Below the pieces are notes generated by a model. It was not told the origin of the DNA. It searched no databases and saw only the letters and a program-made list of their open reading frames with translations. A DNA stretch of 64,000 nt, taken from the NCBI GenBank assembly GCA_963709275.1, contig CAVPVZ010000003.1, positions 8,694-72,693 on the forward strand. The letters are read 5' to 3'. This DNA is from an uncultured Gammaproteobacteria bacterium (GTDB taxonomy: Bacteria > Pseudomonadota > Gammaproteobacteria > Steroidobacterales > XN24). Within the stretch, counting starts at the first letter, position 1. The number at the start of each line of letters is the position of its first letter. Both the position numbers and the translations under genes were made by a program. This document shows, piece by piece, positions 1 to 12,598 of the stretch.

Positions 1-127
1 CGGCTGCTCCAGCGTGTCGTATCGCACTCATCCTGCACGCGCGGCGCAGGCCTCGCCATGCGGGTTTTCCCAAGTGGCGGTTGCCGGGCGCTAAACTCTG
101 CAGCTCAACACGAGTTCCGGAGCCGTC

Positions 128-545
128 GTGGCACATCAGGTCCGCTTCGAAATCGCCACCCGCGGCCGCGGCACGGTCGATGTGACCGGCCAGGTCGCGG
201 ACGCAGTCCGCGCCGCGGGTACCGACACCGGTATCGCGCAGGTTTTCGTCCACCACACCAGCGCGTCGCTGTTGATCACGGAAAACGCCGACCCTGCGGT
301 GCATCGCGACCTCGAGCGCGTCCTGGCACGGTTGGCGCCCGACGGCGACCCGGCCTTCGAGCACGACGACGAAGGACCGGACGATATGCCGGCGCATGTG
401 CGCGCAATGTTGACGACCACCGCGCTGTCGGTCCCCGTGACCGGAGGGCCGCCTGGCGCTCGGCACATGGCAGGGCATTTACCTGTACGAGCACCGCCAT
501 GCGCCGCATCGAAGACGCATCACGGTCACGGTGCTGGGTAATTGA
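128..545 (+). CDS. YjbQ/UPF0047 family protein; one apparent frameshift near 446
   Basis: Motifs HTSASLLITENADPAV and EGPDDMPAH. The conserved tail RLALGTWQGIYLYEHR continues in another frame after GGAGGG at ~443-448 and ends at TGA 543-545. Confidence 0.85.
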
Positions 546-1831
546 GTCAGCCGGCGCCGCCGCTGGTCGCCGCGCTGGGCGCCTGGGGGCGGATCGCGCT
601 GCTGTCGTTCGGCGGGCCGGCGGCGCAGATCGCGGTCATGCATCGCGTGCTCGTCGAAGAGAAGGGCTGGGTCGACGAGCGGCGCTTCCTGAACGCACTC
701 AACTTCTGCATGTTGCTGCCCGGCCCGGAAGCGATGCAGCTGGCCACTTACCTCGGCTGGATGACCCACGGCGTGCGCGGCGGTCTCATCGCGGGGACCC
801 TGTTCGTTCTGCCGGGCTTCCTATCGATCCTGGCGCTTTCCTACGTTTATGTCCTGCTCGGGGATGCGCCGGCCGTCGCCGGCATGCTGTTCGGGCTCAA
901 GGCGGCAGTGCTGGCCGTGGTCCTGGTAGCGCTGGACCAGTTGCGTCGTCGGGTACTGCGCGACCGCTCCAGGCTGGTCCTGGCGCTGGCCGCCTTCGTC
1001 GCACTGTTCTTCCTGCAGTTGCCTTTTCCCCTCGTCATCCTTGCGGCCGCAGGTTTCGGCCTGTGGCAGGCGAGACACCTGCGCGCCCCCGGCACGACGG
1101 CAGCGCCGCCCGTGGGCGGGGCGCATACGTTCGTCACGGCAGCCATCGGGCTTGCGGCCTGGCTGGTTCCGCTCGGATTGCTGGCGGCCTGGCTCGGACC
1201 GACCCATGTGCTGAGCCAGGTGGGATTGTTTTTCAGCCAGGTGGCGGTGGTCAGTTTCGGCGGCGCCTACGCGGTGCTGGCCTACGTGGCGCAACACGCC
1301 GTGGAAACCCAGGGCTGGCTCAGCCCGGTCGAGATGGTCGATGGGCTCGGGCTGGCAGAGACCACGCCGGGGCCGCTGATCCAGGTGTTGCAGTTTGTCG
1401 CGTTCCTCGCGGCCTGGCGCGACGCCGCGCCGTTCGGCCCCGTGATGGCCGGGCTCCTGGCCAGCGTCGTGGCGACCTGGGCCACGTTCGTGCCGTGCTT
1501 CCTGTGGATCTTTACCGGCGCACCCTGGATCGAGCGCCTGCTGCACCAGCCACGCCTGTCCGGCGCCATGTCCGGCATCGGTGCCGCCGTCGTCGGGGCG
1601 GTGCTGAACCTGTCCGTGTGGTTCGGCCTGCACGTCCTGTTCCGGCGCCTCGACACGCTGCAGGCAGGCCCGGTCCGGCTATTGCTGCCGGACCCCGGCA
1701 GCCTGGATGTGCGGGCACTCATTTTCGCCTGTGCCGCGCTGGTGTTGCTGGCGTGGCGCGGCTGGGGCCTGCTGACGGTGCTCGGCCTCGCGGTGGCGGG
1801 CGGCGTGGTCCTGGAAGTCTCAGTCGCCTGA
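542..1831 (+). CDS. chrA: Chromate efflux transporter (CHR family, two-domain)
   Basis: SFGGPAAQIA, LLPGPEA, SFGGAYAVL and ETTPGPLI motifs; many TM segments. The TTG start overlaps the upstream stop. Confidence 0.9.
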   Translation: MSQPAPPLVAALGAWGRIALLSFGGPAAQIAVMHRVLVEEKGWVDERRFLNALNFCMLLPGPEAMQLATYLGWMTHGVRGGLIAGTLFVLPGFLSILALSYVYVLLGDAPAVAGMLFGLKAAVLAVVLVALDQLRRRVLRDRSRLVLALAAFVALFFLQLPFPLVILAAAGFGLWQARHLRAPGTTAAPPVGGAHTFVTAAIGLAAWLVPLGLLAAWLGPTHVLSQVGLFFSQVAVVSFGGAYAVLAYVAQHAVETQGWLSPVEMVDGLGLAETTPGPLIQVLQFVAFLAAWRDAAPFGPVMAGLLASVVATWATFVPCFLWIFTGAPWIERLLHQPRLSGAMSGIGAAVVGAVLNLSVWFGLHVLFRRLDTLQAGPVRLLLPDPGSLDVRALIFACAALVLLAWRGWGLLTVLGLAVAGGVVLEVSVA

Positions 1832-2284
1832 CCGGGCAGCTGCCTCGATCGCCTTGCGGATGAACTCTTCGTGCCGGCCGATGCGTAGGTCGGCCAGCAC
1901 CGCGTCCTGGATCACGCCGTCCGCGCCGACCAGGAAGGTGGCCCGACGCACGCCGATACCGAGCGGGCCATCCACGTCGTAGGCCTTGACCGCCCGCTTG
2001 TCCGGGTCCGCGACCAGGGTGAAGGGGAGGCCATGCTTGTCGCGGAAGCGCGCATGGCTGTCCGTATCCTGCGGGCTCACGCCCACCACGCGCATCCCAG
2101 CCGCCGCGATCTCGTCATGCATGTCGCGTATCGAGCAGGCTTCCTGCGTGCAGCCGGGCGTGAAATCGGCCGGGTAAAAATACAGCACCACGGGGCCCTG
2201 GCTGAGCAGGGCATGCAGGGAGACCTCGTTGCCGTCCTGGTCGGGCAGCGTGAAGTCAGGCGCCTTGTCGCCGGCTTTGAGCAT
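1820..2284 (-). CDS. Peroxiredoxin, BCP/PrxQ subfamily
   Basis: GDKAPDFTLPDQDG and LYFYPADFTPGCTQEAC (PxxxTxxC with a resolving Cys 5 residues later). Confidence 0.9.
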   Translation of the reverse strand: MLKAGDKAPDFTLPDQDGNEVSLHALLSQGPVVLYFYPADFTPGCTQEACSIRDMHDEIAAAGMRVVGVSPQDTDSHARFRDKHGLPFTLVADPDKRAVKAYDVDGPLGIGVRRATFLVGADGVIQDAVLADLRIGRHEEFIRKAIEAAARSGD

Positions 2285-2299
2285 GATGTCCTCCCGGGG

Positions 2300-2761
2300 T
2301 CAGTCCCCGTTGTTCCGTCCTGCCTCGAGCACGGTGTAACCGCTCTCGTGCATTCCGAGTTTCAGGTAGGCGGCGCGGGCGCGCTGGTTACTCTGCAGCA
2401 CGTAGAGGCGCACGGCCCGCACTTCTTCAGCGGCTGCGAGGGACTCCACGTGGCGGTAGAGCCGGGAAAACACGCCGCGGCCGCGGAAATCCGGGTGCAC
2501 GTAGACGCTCTGTATCCACCAGATCCAGCCGTCGCGCCAGTCGCTCCATTCGTAGGTGATCATCGTGGTGCCGACGATGCGACCGTCGACCTCGGCGATG
2601 AAATAGCGGCCCTTGCCTGCATCCTCGAGCAAGCGGCGCACGCCTGTGCACAGGATGTCCCAGTCGAGCTCCTTGTCCTCGGTCTCGGCTGCCAGCGCCC
2701 GGTTGAACTCGGCGATGGTGGCCCAGTCGGTCTTCTCGGCATTGCGTACGAGTATGTCCAT
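2300..2761 (-). CDS. GNAT family N-acetyltransferase
   Basis: IQSVYVHPDFRGRGVF acetyl-CoA motif A, N.RA..AY.KLG motif B and the TYEWSDWRDG subfamily signature. Confidence 0.9.
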   Translation of the reverse strand: MDILVRNAEKTDWATIAEFNRALAAETEDKELDWDILCTGVRRLLEDAGKGRYFIAEVDGRIVGTTMITYEWSDWRDGWIWWIQSVYVHPDFRGRGVFSRLYRHVESLAAAEEVRAVRLYVLQSNQRARAAYLKLGMHESGYTVLEAGRNNGD

Positions 2762-2771
2762 GCAATAGAAT
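2742..2771 (+). promoter_or_regulatory. Putative sigma70 promoter of tRNA-Ala (TTGCGT-18-TAGAAT)
   Basis: -35-like TTGCGT at 2742-2747 and -10-like TAGAAT at 2766-2771, 14 nt before the tRNA. Confidence 0.5.
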
Positions 2772-2785
2772 TCCCTGCTTCGCGT

Positions 2786-2861
2786 GGGGCCGTAGCTCAG
2801 TTGGGAGAGCGCCTGGATCGCACCCAGGAGGTCGTCGGTTCGATTCCGATCGGCTCCACCA
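2786..2861 (+). tRNA. tRNA-Ala(CGC)
   Basis: Cloverleaf with acceptor GGGGCCG/CGGCTCC (G3:U70 Ala determinant), anticodon arm CCTGG-AT CGC AC-CCAGG, T-loop TTCGATT and encoded CCA; 76 nt. Confidence 0.97.
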
Positions 2862-2883
2862 TCCCCCCGCTTCTGTGCGCATC

Positions 2884-3897
2884 ATGCAGGATTCCCCGCA
2901 AGGTACAACCCGCCTGGTCAGCATGGTGGGATTCGACGGCTTCCAGCTGCTCGACGTGACGGGTCCGCTGGAAGTGTTCAGTCATGCCTCGCGCCTGCTC
3001 CAGTCCCGGGGACATCGCGGGCCGGCGCCGTACCGCGTCGAGCTGCTGGCTGCCGCGCCGGGCCTCGTGCGCAGCTCCTCCGGGCTGGAATTGCATGCGG
3101 CGCGATCCTGGCGGGACTTCGATTACGCGGACACCTTGCTCATCGCCGGCGGCGCCGGCGTTTCCGGCGCGCTCGAGGACGACGACCTGTCGCAGTGGAT
3201 TCGCGCCCAGGCCCCGCGCGCGCGCCGCTATGGCTCGGTGTGCACGGGCGCGCTCCTGATGGCGCGTGCCGGGTTGCTCCAGGGTCGTCGCGTCACGACC
3301 CACTGGGCTTGCGTCGAGGAACTCCTGCGGCTCGAGCCCGAGTTGCGCCTGGCGCGCGACGTCCTGTTCGTGCGCGACGGGCGCCTCTGGACCTCGGCCG
3401 GGGTCACGGCGGGGATGGACATGGCGCTGGCCATGGTGGGCGAGGACTGGGGACGCAAGCTGGCGCTGGAAGTGGCGCAGCAGCTGGTCATGTACATCAG
3501 CCGTCCGGGCGGTTCGGCGCAGCGCGGGGCTCCGCTCGAGGCCCAGGTGCGCGCGCTCGACAGTCGCTTCAGCCACCTGGCCGCGCGCATCCAGGAACGA
3601 CCGGCCACGGACCTGTCAGTGGCGGTGATGGCGTCCTGGTGTGACATGAGCCCGCGGCATTTCGCGCGTTGCTTCCTCGAGGAAATGGGCGTCACCCCGG
3701 CACGCTTCGTCGAGGGCGTGCGGTTCGAGGCCGCATGCCAGGCGTTGGCGTCCAGCGATACCCCGGCGGCAAGAATTGCTGCACTGTGCGGATTCGGCAC
3801 TGCGGAGACCTTGCGACGCGTGTTCCTGAAGCGGCTTGGCATGACCCCGGCGCAGTATCGGCGCGGCCCGGGCGACGAGGCTGATATACCCGCCTGA
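2884..3897 (+). CDS. GlxA-family transcriptional regulator (DJ-1/PfpI domain + AraC HTH)
   Basis: FQLLDVTGPLEVF, SVCTGA, TTHW and TSAGVTAGMD, then a C-terminal AraC domain (MSPRHFAR...GFG..ETLRRVF...G.TP..YR). Start taken at ATG 2884. Confidence 0.92.
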   Translation: MQDSPQGTTRLVSMVGFDGFQLLDVTGPLEVFSHASRLLQSRGHRGPAPYRVELLAAAPGLVRSSSGLELHAARSWRDFDYADTLLIAGGAGVSGALEDDDLSQWIRAQAPRARRYGSVCTGALLMARAGLLQGRRVTTHWACVEELLRLEPELRLARDVLFVRDGRLWTSAGVTAGMDMALAMVGEDWGRKLALEVAQQLVMYISRPGGSAQRGAPLEAQVRALDSRFSHLAARIQERPATDLSVAVMASWCDMSPRHFARCFLEEMGVTPARFVEGVRFEAACQALASSDTPAARIAALCGFGTAETLRRVFLKRLGMTPAQYRRGPGDEADIPA

Positions 3898-3910
3898 GAT
3901 CGGGCCGGGT

Positions 3911-3940
3911 TTGTGAGGCCAACCCCTCGGCTGGCACAAT
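3911..3940 (+). promoter_or_regulatory. Putative sigma70 promoter of tRNA-Arg (TTGTGA-18-CACAAT) with GC-rich discriminator
   Basis: Hexamers at 3911-3916 and 3935-3940, followed by ACGGCGCCC and the tRNA. Confidence 0.45.
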
Positions 3941-3949
3941 ACGGCGCCC

Positions 3950-4025
3950 GCCCCGGTAGCTCAGTGGATAGAGCGACCGCCTCCTAAGCGGTAGGTCGCA
4001 GGTTCGATTCCTGCCCGGGGCGCCA
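3950..4025 (+). tRNA. tRNA-Arg(CCT)
   Basis: Acceptor GCCCCGG/CCGGGGC, anticodon arm ACCGC-CT CCT AA-GCGGT, T-loop TTCGATT and encoded CCA; 76 nt. Confidence 0.97.
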
Positions 4026-4073
4026 ACTCCCTCTGCGTGTGCTATTTTTTGACACAGGACAGGGAGGACGCGC

Positions 4074-4688
4074 ATGCAAAAAAGCGCAACCGCTGCGGCG
4101 ATTGCCGCCGCCATTCTGCTTGCCGGCCCGCCGGCCCAGGCATCCGATCCACCGCCCATGGCGGCCACCTGTGCTGCCTGTCATGGCGAGGTGGCGCCCA
4201 GCCCCTACGCGGGGGTGCCCACTATTCATGGCCAGCCTGCCACGGCCCTGGAAAATGCCCTGTACGATTTCCGCGCGACCATCCGGCCCTGTCGCAAGCC
4301 GGAATGCGCCGTGGGACAGCCGTGCCCGGAGCTGGATTTCTGCGCCCTGGTGCGGGAACTGTCAGACGAGGAGATCGCGGCGCTGTCGGCCTGGTATGCC
4401 TCGATGCCCTACGCGCCGCTCACCCAGGACTGGCACCCGGCGCTGGCCGCGCGCGGCGAGGTGCTGCACCTGGCGCATTGCGAAAGCTGCCATAGCGGCG
4501 GAGGGCTGGGTCCGGACAACCAGGCGACTATCCTGCGCGGCCAGCCCAAGTCCTTCCTGCGCTCGGCGATCCGCGACTTCAGGCATGATCGTCGCATCGC
4601 GGTAGCGGAGATGGACGCCGTGATCCGGGACCTGTCCGATGAGGATGTCGACGCCCTGGTGGAATTCTACGCGCGGCCTGCGCAATGA
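4074..4688 (+). CDS. Periplasmic diheme cytochrome c (c4/FccA-like)
   Basis: Sec signal peptide (ending AQA), two CxxCH motifs (CAACH, CESCH), P.I.GQ and IL.GQ motifs; SD GGAGG upstream. Confidence 0.88.
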   Translation: MQKSATAAAIAAAILLAGPPAQASDPPPMAATCAACHGEVAPSPYAGVPTIHGQPATALENALYDFRATIRPCRKPECAVGQPCPELDFCALVRELSDEEIAALSAWYASMPYAPLTQDWHPALAARGEVLHLAHCESCHSGGGLGPDNQATILRGQPKSFLRSAIRDFRHDRRIAVAEMDAVIRDLSDEDVDALVEFYARPAQ

Positions 4689-4728
4689 CCTGACCGCGCA
4701 TGGGTGGTCGATCCCTGACTGGAGAACC

Positions 4729-4845
4729 ATGTTCAAGAAGCTCCCTTGGCCGGCCGCGGTGCCGGCACCTCCGGTGCTGGCGCCTGGCATGATATTCAGC
4801 AGCATTGCCGCCGGGCCGGCCGCGTACCCCATGGCCGAGCAGTAG
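4729..4845 (+). CDS. Possible small protein or gene remnant (38 aa, signal-peptide-like)
   Basis: GGAGA just upstream of ATG 4729; sequence MFKKLPWPAAVPAPPVLAPGMIFSSIAAGPAAYPMAEQ; fills the gap between two same-strand genes. Confidence 0.3.
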   Translation: MFKKLPWPAAVPAPPVLAPGMIFSSIAAGPAAYPMAEQ

Positions 4846-4853
4846 GGTCCGGC

Positions 4854-6260
4854 ATGCAACTCAGTTTTCACGGCGCGGTCGGCGGAGTCACCGGCAGTTG
4901 TTACCTGCTGGAGTGCGCCGGCAAACGCGTGCTGCTGGAGTGCGGACTGGTGCAGGGCGGCCGCGAGGCGGAGCAGCTCAATCGTGCGCCCTTTCCGGTG
5001 TCGGCTGATTCCCTCGATGCAGTCGTTCTCAGCCATGCGCACATCGACCACTCCGGCCGCCTTCCCCTGCTGGTGCAACAGGGATACAGCGGGCGCATTT
5101 ATACGCAGCGCGCCACCACAGACCTTTGCGACATCATGCTGCGCGATGCCGCTTACCTGCAGGAGAAGGACGCCGAGACTGAGAGTCGCAAGCGCGCGCG
5201 CAAGGGGCTCCCGCCGGTGCCGCCGCTCTACGACATGCGCGACGCGGAAAAGACGCTGCAGCATTTCGAACCGCTGGACTACGGCGCAAAGGTGGAGATC
5301 CTTCCCGGTATCCGCCTCAGGCTCCGGGATGCAGGACACATACTCGGGCTCCGCCATCGTCGAGCTGTGGCTGAGCGAAGGTGGAACCACGCGCAAGCTC
5401 GTGTTCTCCGGAGACCTCGGCCTGCGCGACGCGCCGATCCTGCGTGATCCCGAGGTCGTGCGTAAGGCCGATGCCGTGCTGCTCGAGTCAACCTATGGCG
5501 ACCGGCGCCATCGCTCCCGCCAGGAGAGCCTCGATGAGATGGGCGAGATCTTTGGCGCGCGCATGCCGACGGCGGCAACATCCTGATCCCGGCCTTTGCC
5601 GTGGGGCGCACCCAGGAGCTGCTGTACCTGTTCATGCGTCATTTCGACGAGTGGGGGCTGAAGCACTGGCGCGTGTGCCTGGACAGCCCCATGGCCATTC
5701 GCGCCACCGAGGTCTATGCGAGTCACGTGGGACTCCACGACGAGGAGGCCGTGGCCTTGTGGCGCGGCCAGGGCGACGGCCTTGGCGGCCGGCTCGAATT
5801 CATCCGCACGCCGCAGCAGTCGCGCGCATTGAACAAGGTGCGCTCCGGGCTGGTCATCGTAGCCGCCAGCGGCATGTGCGAGGGCGGTCGCATCCGGCAC
5901 CACCTGAAAAACCAGCTCTGGCGCCCGCGCTGCCACGTGGTCATCGTCGGCTACCAGGCGCGCGGCACGACCGGGCGACAGCTGGTCGACGGCAATGCCT
6001 ACGTCTCGCTGTGGGGCGAGGCGATCCGCGTCAAGGCGCAGATTCACACCCTGGGTGGATTTTCTGCGCACGCCGACCAGCAGGGGCTGGTGGAGTGGTA
6101 CCAGGGCTTCCGGCGCCAACCGCCGGTGTGGCTGGTGCATGGCGAGGACGATGCGCGGGCGGCGCTGGCGCAGCGCCTCAGGGAGAGTGCCGGCGCCGAG
6201 GTGCGGGTGCCGCAGCTGGGTGACGTGCTGGACCTTGGCCGCCTGCCCGGGCGCGCCTAG
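4854..6260 (+). CDS. MBL-fold metallo-hydrolase, beta-CASP RNA-processing family; two apparent frameshifts (~5347, ~5563)
   Basis: VTGSCYLL, SHAHIDHSG (HxHxDH), AGHILG, FSGDLG, LESTYGDR, PAFAVGRTQE, ASGMCEGGRI and FSAHAD spread over three frames. Confidence 0.9.
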
Positions 6261-6892
6261 AGCTGCTTGTCCTCCAGCGCGAGTTCGCGCACTTTGCGTC
6301 CGTCGCGCCACTGTTCCAGCTGCACGAAGTGGAACACCAGCAGCGGCGCGGACCAGCCCTGCAGCCAAGCCGTGTCGTTGCCGAGGCGAAACGGCAGTGC
6401 CTGGTAGGTGCCGTCCGGAGTTTCCACCGACCCCGGCGCGCCGACTTCCAGTCGCCAGGTCTGAGTGGAGCCATCGGCCAGCCAGACGGCGTACTCCGCG
6501 TCGCGCACGCCCCGTGCGATATCCGCCCGGGCGCGCAACCGCACGGAAAGCTCGTCCAGCGCCGTGTCAGGGGCGTCGGCGGGCGGGACCAGCGGGCCGT
6601 CGCCCGGGTCGAAATCGAGCACCGACAGCTGCTCGTCGGCAAAGGCGAGTCGCGCGCGCTGCGCGGTGGCGCGCTTGAACCAGCGGACCCAGCCCTGCGG
6701 CATGGTCCATTCGACGTATTCCAGGCTGCCGCCGGGCTGTTCGCGCAGGGTGATCTCGACCATGACCGGGCGCCCGCCGTCATGACCGACATATTTCAGG
6801 CCGTGGTCCGCCGGCAGGAAGTCCCGGGCGGCCCCGAGTGTGGCGAAGCCGAGCAGCAGCAGGGCTCCGAATAGGCATGGCAGCCGGGTCAT
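6257..6892 (-). CDS. Secreted hypothetical protein (DUF3108-like beta-rich fold suspected)
   Basis: 3' part of the 6257..9877 ORF. MTRLPCLFGALLLLGFATLGAA signal peptide, LDELS, V.TP.G.Y.A and W.AP.L...V.LEQ patterns; SD GGAGAG upstream. Confidence 0.65.
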   Translation of the reverse strand: MTRLPCLFGALLLLGFATLGAARDFLPADHGLKYVGHDGGRPVMVEITLREQPGGSLEYVEWTMPQGWVRWFKRATAQRARLAFADEQLSVLDFDPGDGPLVPPADAPDTALDELSVRLRARADIARGVRDAEYAVWLADGSTQTWRLEVGAPGSVETPDGTYQALPFRLGNDTAWLQGWSAPLLVFHFVQLEQWRDGRKVRELALEDKQL

Positions 6893-7045
6893 GCTCTCTC
6901 CGCGCGGGTGGATGAAAGCGCTCCGGGCCATGCTACGAGCGGCCAGGGACTGCGGCAAGTGAGACCCGCTCGCGTTCCAACGGCCGTTCAGTTGCCTTAG
7001 AATGCGTAAATCTACTGACACGACAAGAGTGCATCGCTCCGCGTC

Positions 7046-9894
7046 ATGAGCAAATCCCTGCAGGAACGGTATGCCACGACCCCTCTCTCCGGTGGCAATG
7101 CGCCCTATGTCGAGGCGCTCTACGAGCAGTATCTCGAGGACCCCGCTTCGGTGGATCCCGGACTGCGCCGCTGGTTCGACGGCATCGCAGACGGCGGCGG
7201 GGACGTGCCGCGCGGGCCGATCGAACAGGAATTTGCCGCGCGGGCCCTCAAGCCTCGTGCGGCGGCAGCGGGCGCCGTGTCCGACGAGGTGCTGGACAAG
7301 CAGGCGGCCGTGCTGCGCCTTATCGAGGCTTATCGGCTGCGCGGCCACCGCATGGCCAAGCTCGATCCGCTCGGGCTGGTCCAGCCGCAGCCCCTGCCCG
7401 AGCTCGACCCGGTATTCCACGGCCTGGGCGATGCGGACAACGACACCGTGTTCGCCACGGCCGGCTTCGGCGGCGCTGAACGGCTCAAGTTTCGCGACAT
7501 CCGTGCGCGCCTGGGGCAGGTCTACAGCGGCACTATCGCCGCGGAGTTGGGGCACATCACGGATACCGAGGAGCGGCTCTGGCTCCAGCGCCGCTTCGAG
7601 GCAGCGGCCGCAGGAGGCCGCCTCGATGCTGCGGAGCGTCGCCACGTTCTGGAGCGCCTGACCGGCGCCGAGGGTATCGAGCGCTACCTGCACACCCGCT
7701 ACGTCGGCCAGAAGCGTTTTTCGCTCGAGGGCGGCGAGAGCATGATCCCGCTGCTTGGCGACGTGATCCAGCAGGCGGGCGGCCGTGGCATGGAGGAGGT
7801 CGTGATCGGCATGGCCCACCGCGGCCGGCTGAACGTGCTGGTGAACGTGCTGGGCAAGCCGCCGAAGGACCTGTTTTCGGAATTCGAGGGCGCCTACGAT
7901 CCCATGCAGCGCCGTTCCGGCGACGTGAAATACCATCTCGGCTTCTCCTCGGACATCAGCACGCCGGGCGGCAACATCCACGTCGCGCTGTCGTTCAATC
8001 CCTCGCACCTCGAGATCGTGAACCCGGTGGTGACCGGATCGGTGCGGGCGCGCCAGGACCGGCGCGGCGATCGCATCGGCGCCACCGTGCTGCCAATCCT
8101 GATTCATGGCGACGCCGCCTTCGCCGGGCAGGGCGTCGTAATGGAAACCCTGCAGATGTCGCAGACACGCGGGTTCGCCACTGGCGGGACGCTGCACGTC
8201 ATCTGCAACAACCAGGTGGGTTTCACGACCAGCCACCCGCAGGACGCCCGCTCCACGCCTTACTGCAGTGACGTGGCGAAAATGATCGAGGCGCCGATTT
8301 TCCACGTCAACGGCGACGACCCCGATGCGGTGGCGCTGATCGGCCGACTGGCCTTTGATTACCGCATGAAGTTCCGCAAGGACGTGGTGATCGACCTGGT
8401 GTGCTATCGCCGCCACGGCCACAACGAGGCCGATGAGCCGGCAGCCACGCAACCGACCATGTACAGCGTGGTGCGCAACCATCCGACTACCCGCAAGATC
8501 TACGCCGACCGCCTGGCGGCGGACGGGGTCATCAAGGACGACGAAGCCCAGGAGATGGTGGACGCTTACCGCCAGGGCCTTGATGAAGGACGCGTCGTGT
8601 CCGCCTCCGTTGGCTTCGTCGGCAACAAGTTCACGGTCGACTGGACGGGCTTCGACGAGGTCAACTTCAGCCAGCCGGTCCGCACCCGCCTCACGCCGGA
8701 GCAGGTGGAGCGTTTTGCTGCGGCCATCACGCACGTGCCGGAGGATCACAAGCTGCATCCGCGCGTGGAGCGCATCATGGCGGACCGGGGGCGCATGGCG
8801 GCGGGCGAGATCCCCATGGACTGGGGTTTCGCCGAGACCATGGCCTACGCGAGCCTGGTCACCGAGGGCTACGACGTGCGCATCACCGGCCAGGACAGCG
8901 GGCGCGGCACCTTCTTCCATCGCCATGCCGTGCTCCACGACCAGGCCGGTCGCGAGCCGTGGATCCCGCTCAAGCACGTGGCCGATGACCAGAAGAGCTT
9001 CACCGTAATCGACTCCCTGCTGTCCGAGGAGGCGGTGCTCGGGTTCGAGTACGGCTATGCCACCACCAACCCGGACACCCTCGTCATCTGGGAGGCCCAG
9101 TTCGGCGACTTCGTCAACGGCGCCCAGGTGGTCATCGACCAGTTCATCAGTTCCGGCGAAACGAAGTGGGGACGCTACTGCGGCCTGATGCTGTTCCTGC
9201 CGCACGGCTACGAAGGGCAGGGGCCTGAGCATTCCTCGGCGCGCCTGGAGCGCTTCCTGCAGCTGTGTGCGGAGCACAACATGTCGGTGGTGGTGCCGTC
9301 CAACCCGGCGCAGATGTTTCATCTCATCCGGCGCCAGATGGTCCGGCCCTTCCGCAAGCCCACCATCGTCATGACGCCGAAGAGCCTGCTGCGCCACAAG
9401 CTCTCGGTGTCGCCGCTGGAGGAACTCTCCGAGGGCCGTTTCCAGCGCATCATCCCGGAAGTGGACGACATTGCGTCCGAGGCCGTATCGCGCCTGGTGC
9501 TGTGCAGTGGCAAGGTCTATTACGACCTGCTCGAGGCGCGGCGTGAACAGGGTCTCCAGGACGTCGCCATCATCCGGGTAGAGCAGCTCTATCCGTTCCC
9601 GATCCGACGCTACGCTGCGCTCATCGAGGAATTCCCGGCGCTGCAGGACGTCGTGTGGTGCCAGGAAGAGCCGCAGAACCAGGGCGCCTGGTACCAGATC
9701 CGGCATCGCCTGCAGGAGCCGCTGCACGCGAAGCACCAGCTGTTCTATGCCGGGCGCAAGGGCGCGGCGGCGCCGGCGGCAGGCTATTACGGCCTGCACC
9801 AGCAACAACAAAAGGCGCTTGTCGACACGGCCCTCAATGGCAGCCGTAGCGCGGGCCAGAAAGCTACCAGCACTCAATCGACCAGGAAGAAAGC

Positions 9895-9898
<4 letters not shown>
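7046..9898 (+). CDS. sucA: 2-oxoglutarate dehydrogenase E1
   Basis: GQKRFSLEG, GMAHRGRLN, GDVKYHLG, HGDAAFAGQG (ThDP motif), WEAQFGDF and LPHGYEGQGPEHSS. Confidence 0.98.
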
Positions 9899-12574
<2,676 letters not shown>

Positions 12575-12598
12575 GCGGCCCCCGATGCGCTGCGGGGC

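Noticed and set aside
1-59. Possible 5' end of a minus-strand gene running off the left edge
   Set aside because: Fewer than 20 codons are visible, so neither frame nor product can be assigned.
2786-6260. Possible islets inserted at tRNA-Ala or tRNA-Arg
   Set aside because: No att-like direct repeats or mobility genes, and composition is like the surroundings.
6893-7045. sucA leader as a known sucA RNA motif
   Set aside because: I could not match it by eye; a cmscan against the Rfam sucA and sucA-II models would be needed.
6893-9877. 1206-aa minus-strand ORF antisense to sucA
   Set aside because: A shadow ORF caused by GC-rich codon bias; only the last 211 codons (6257-6892) look like a real protein.
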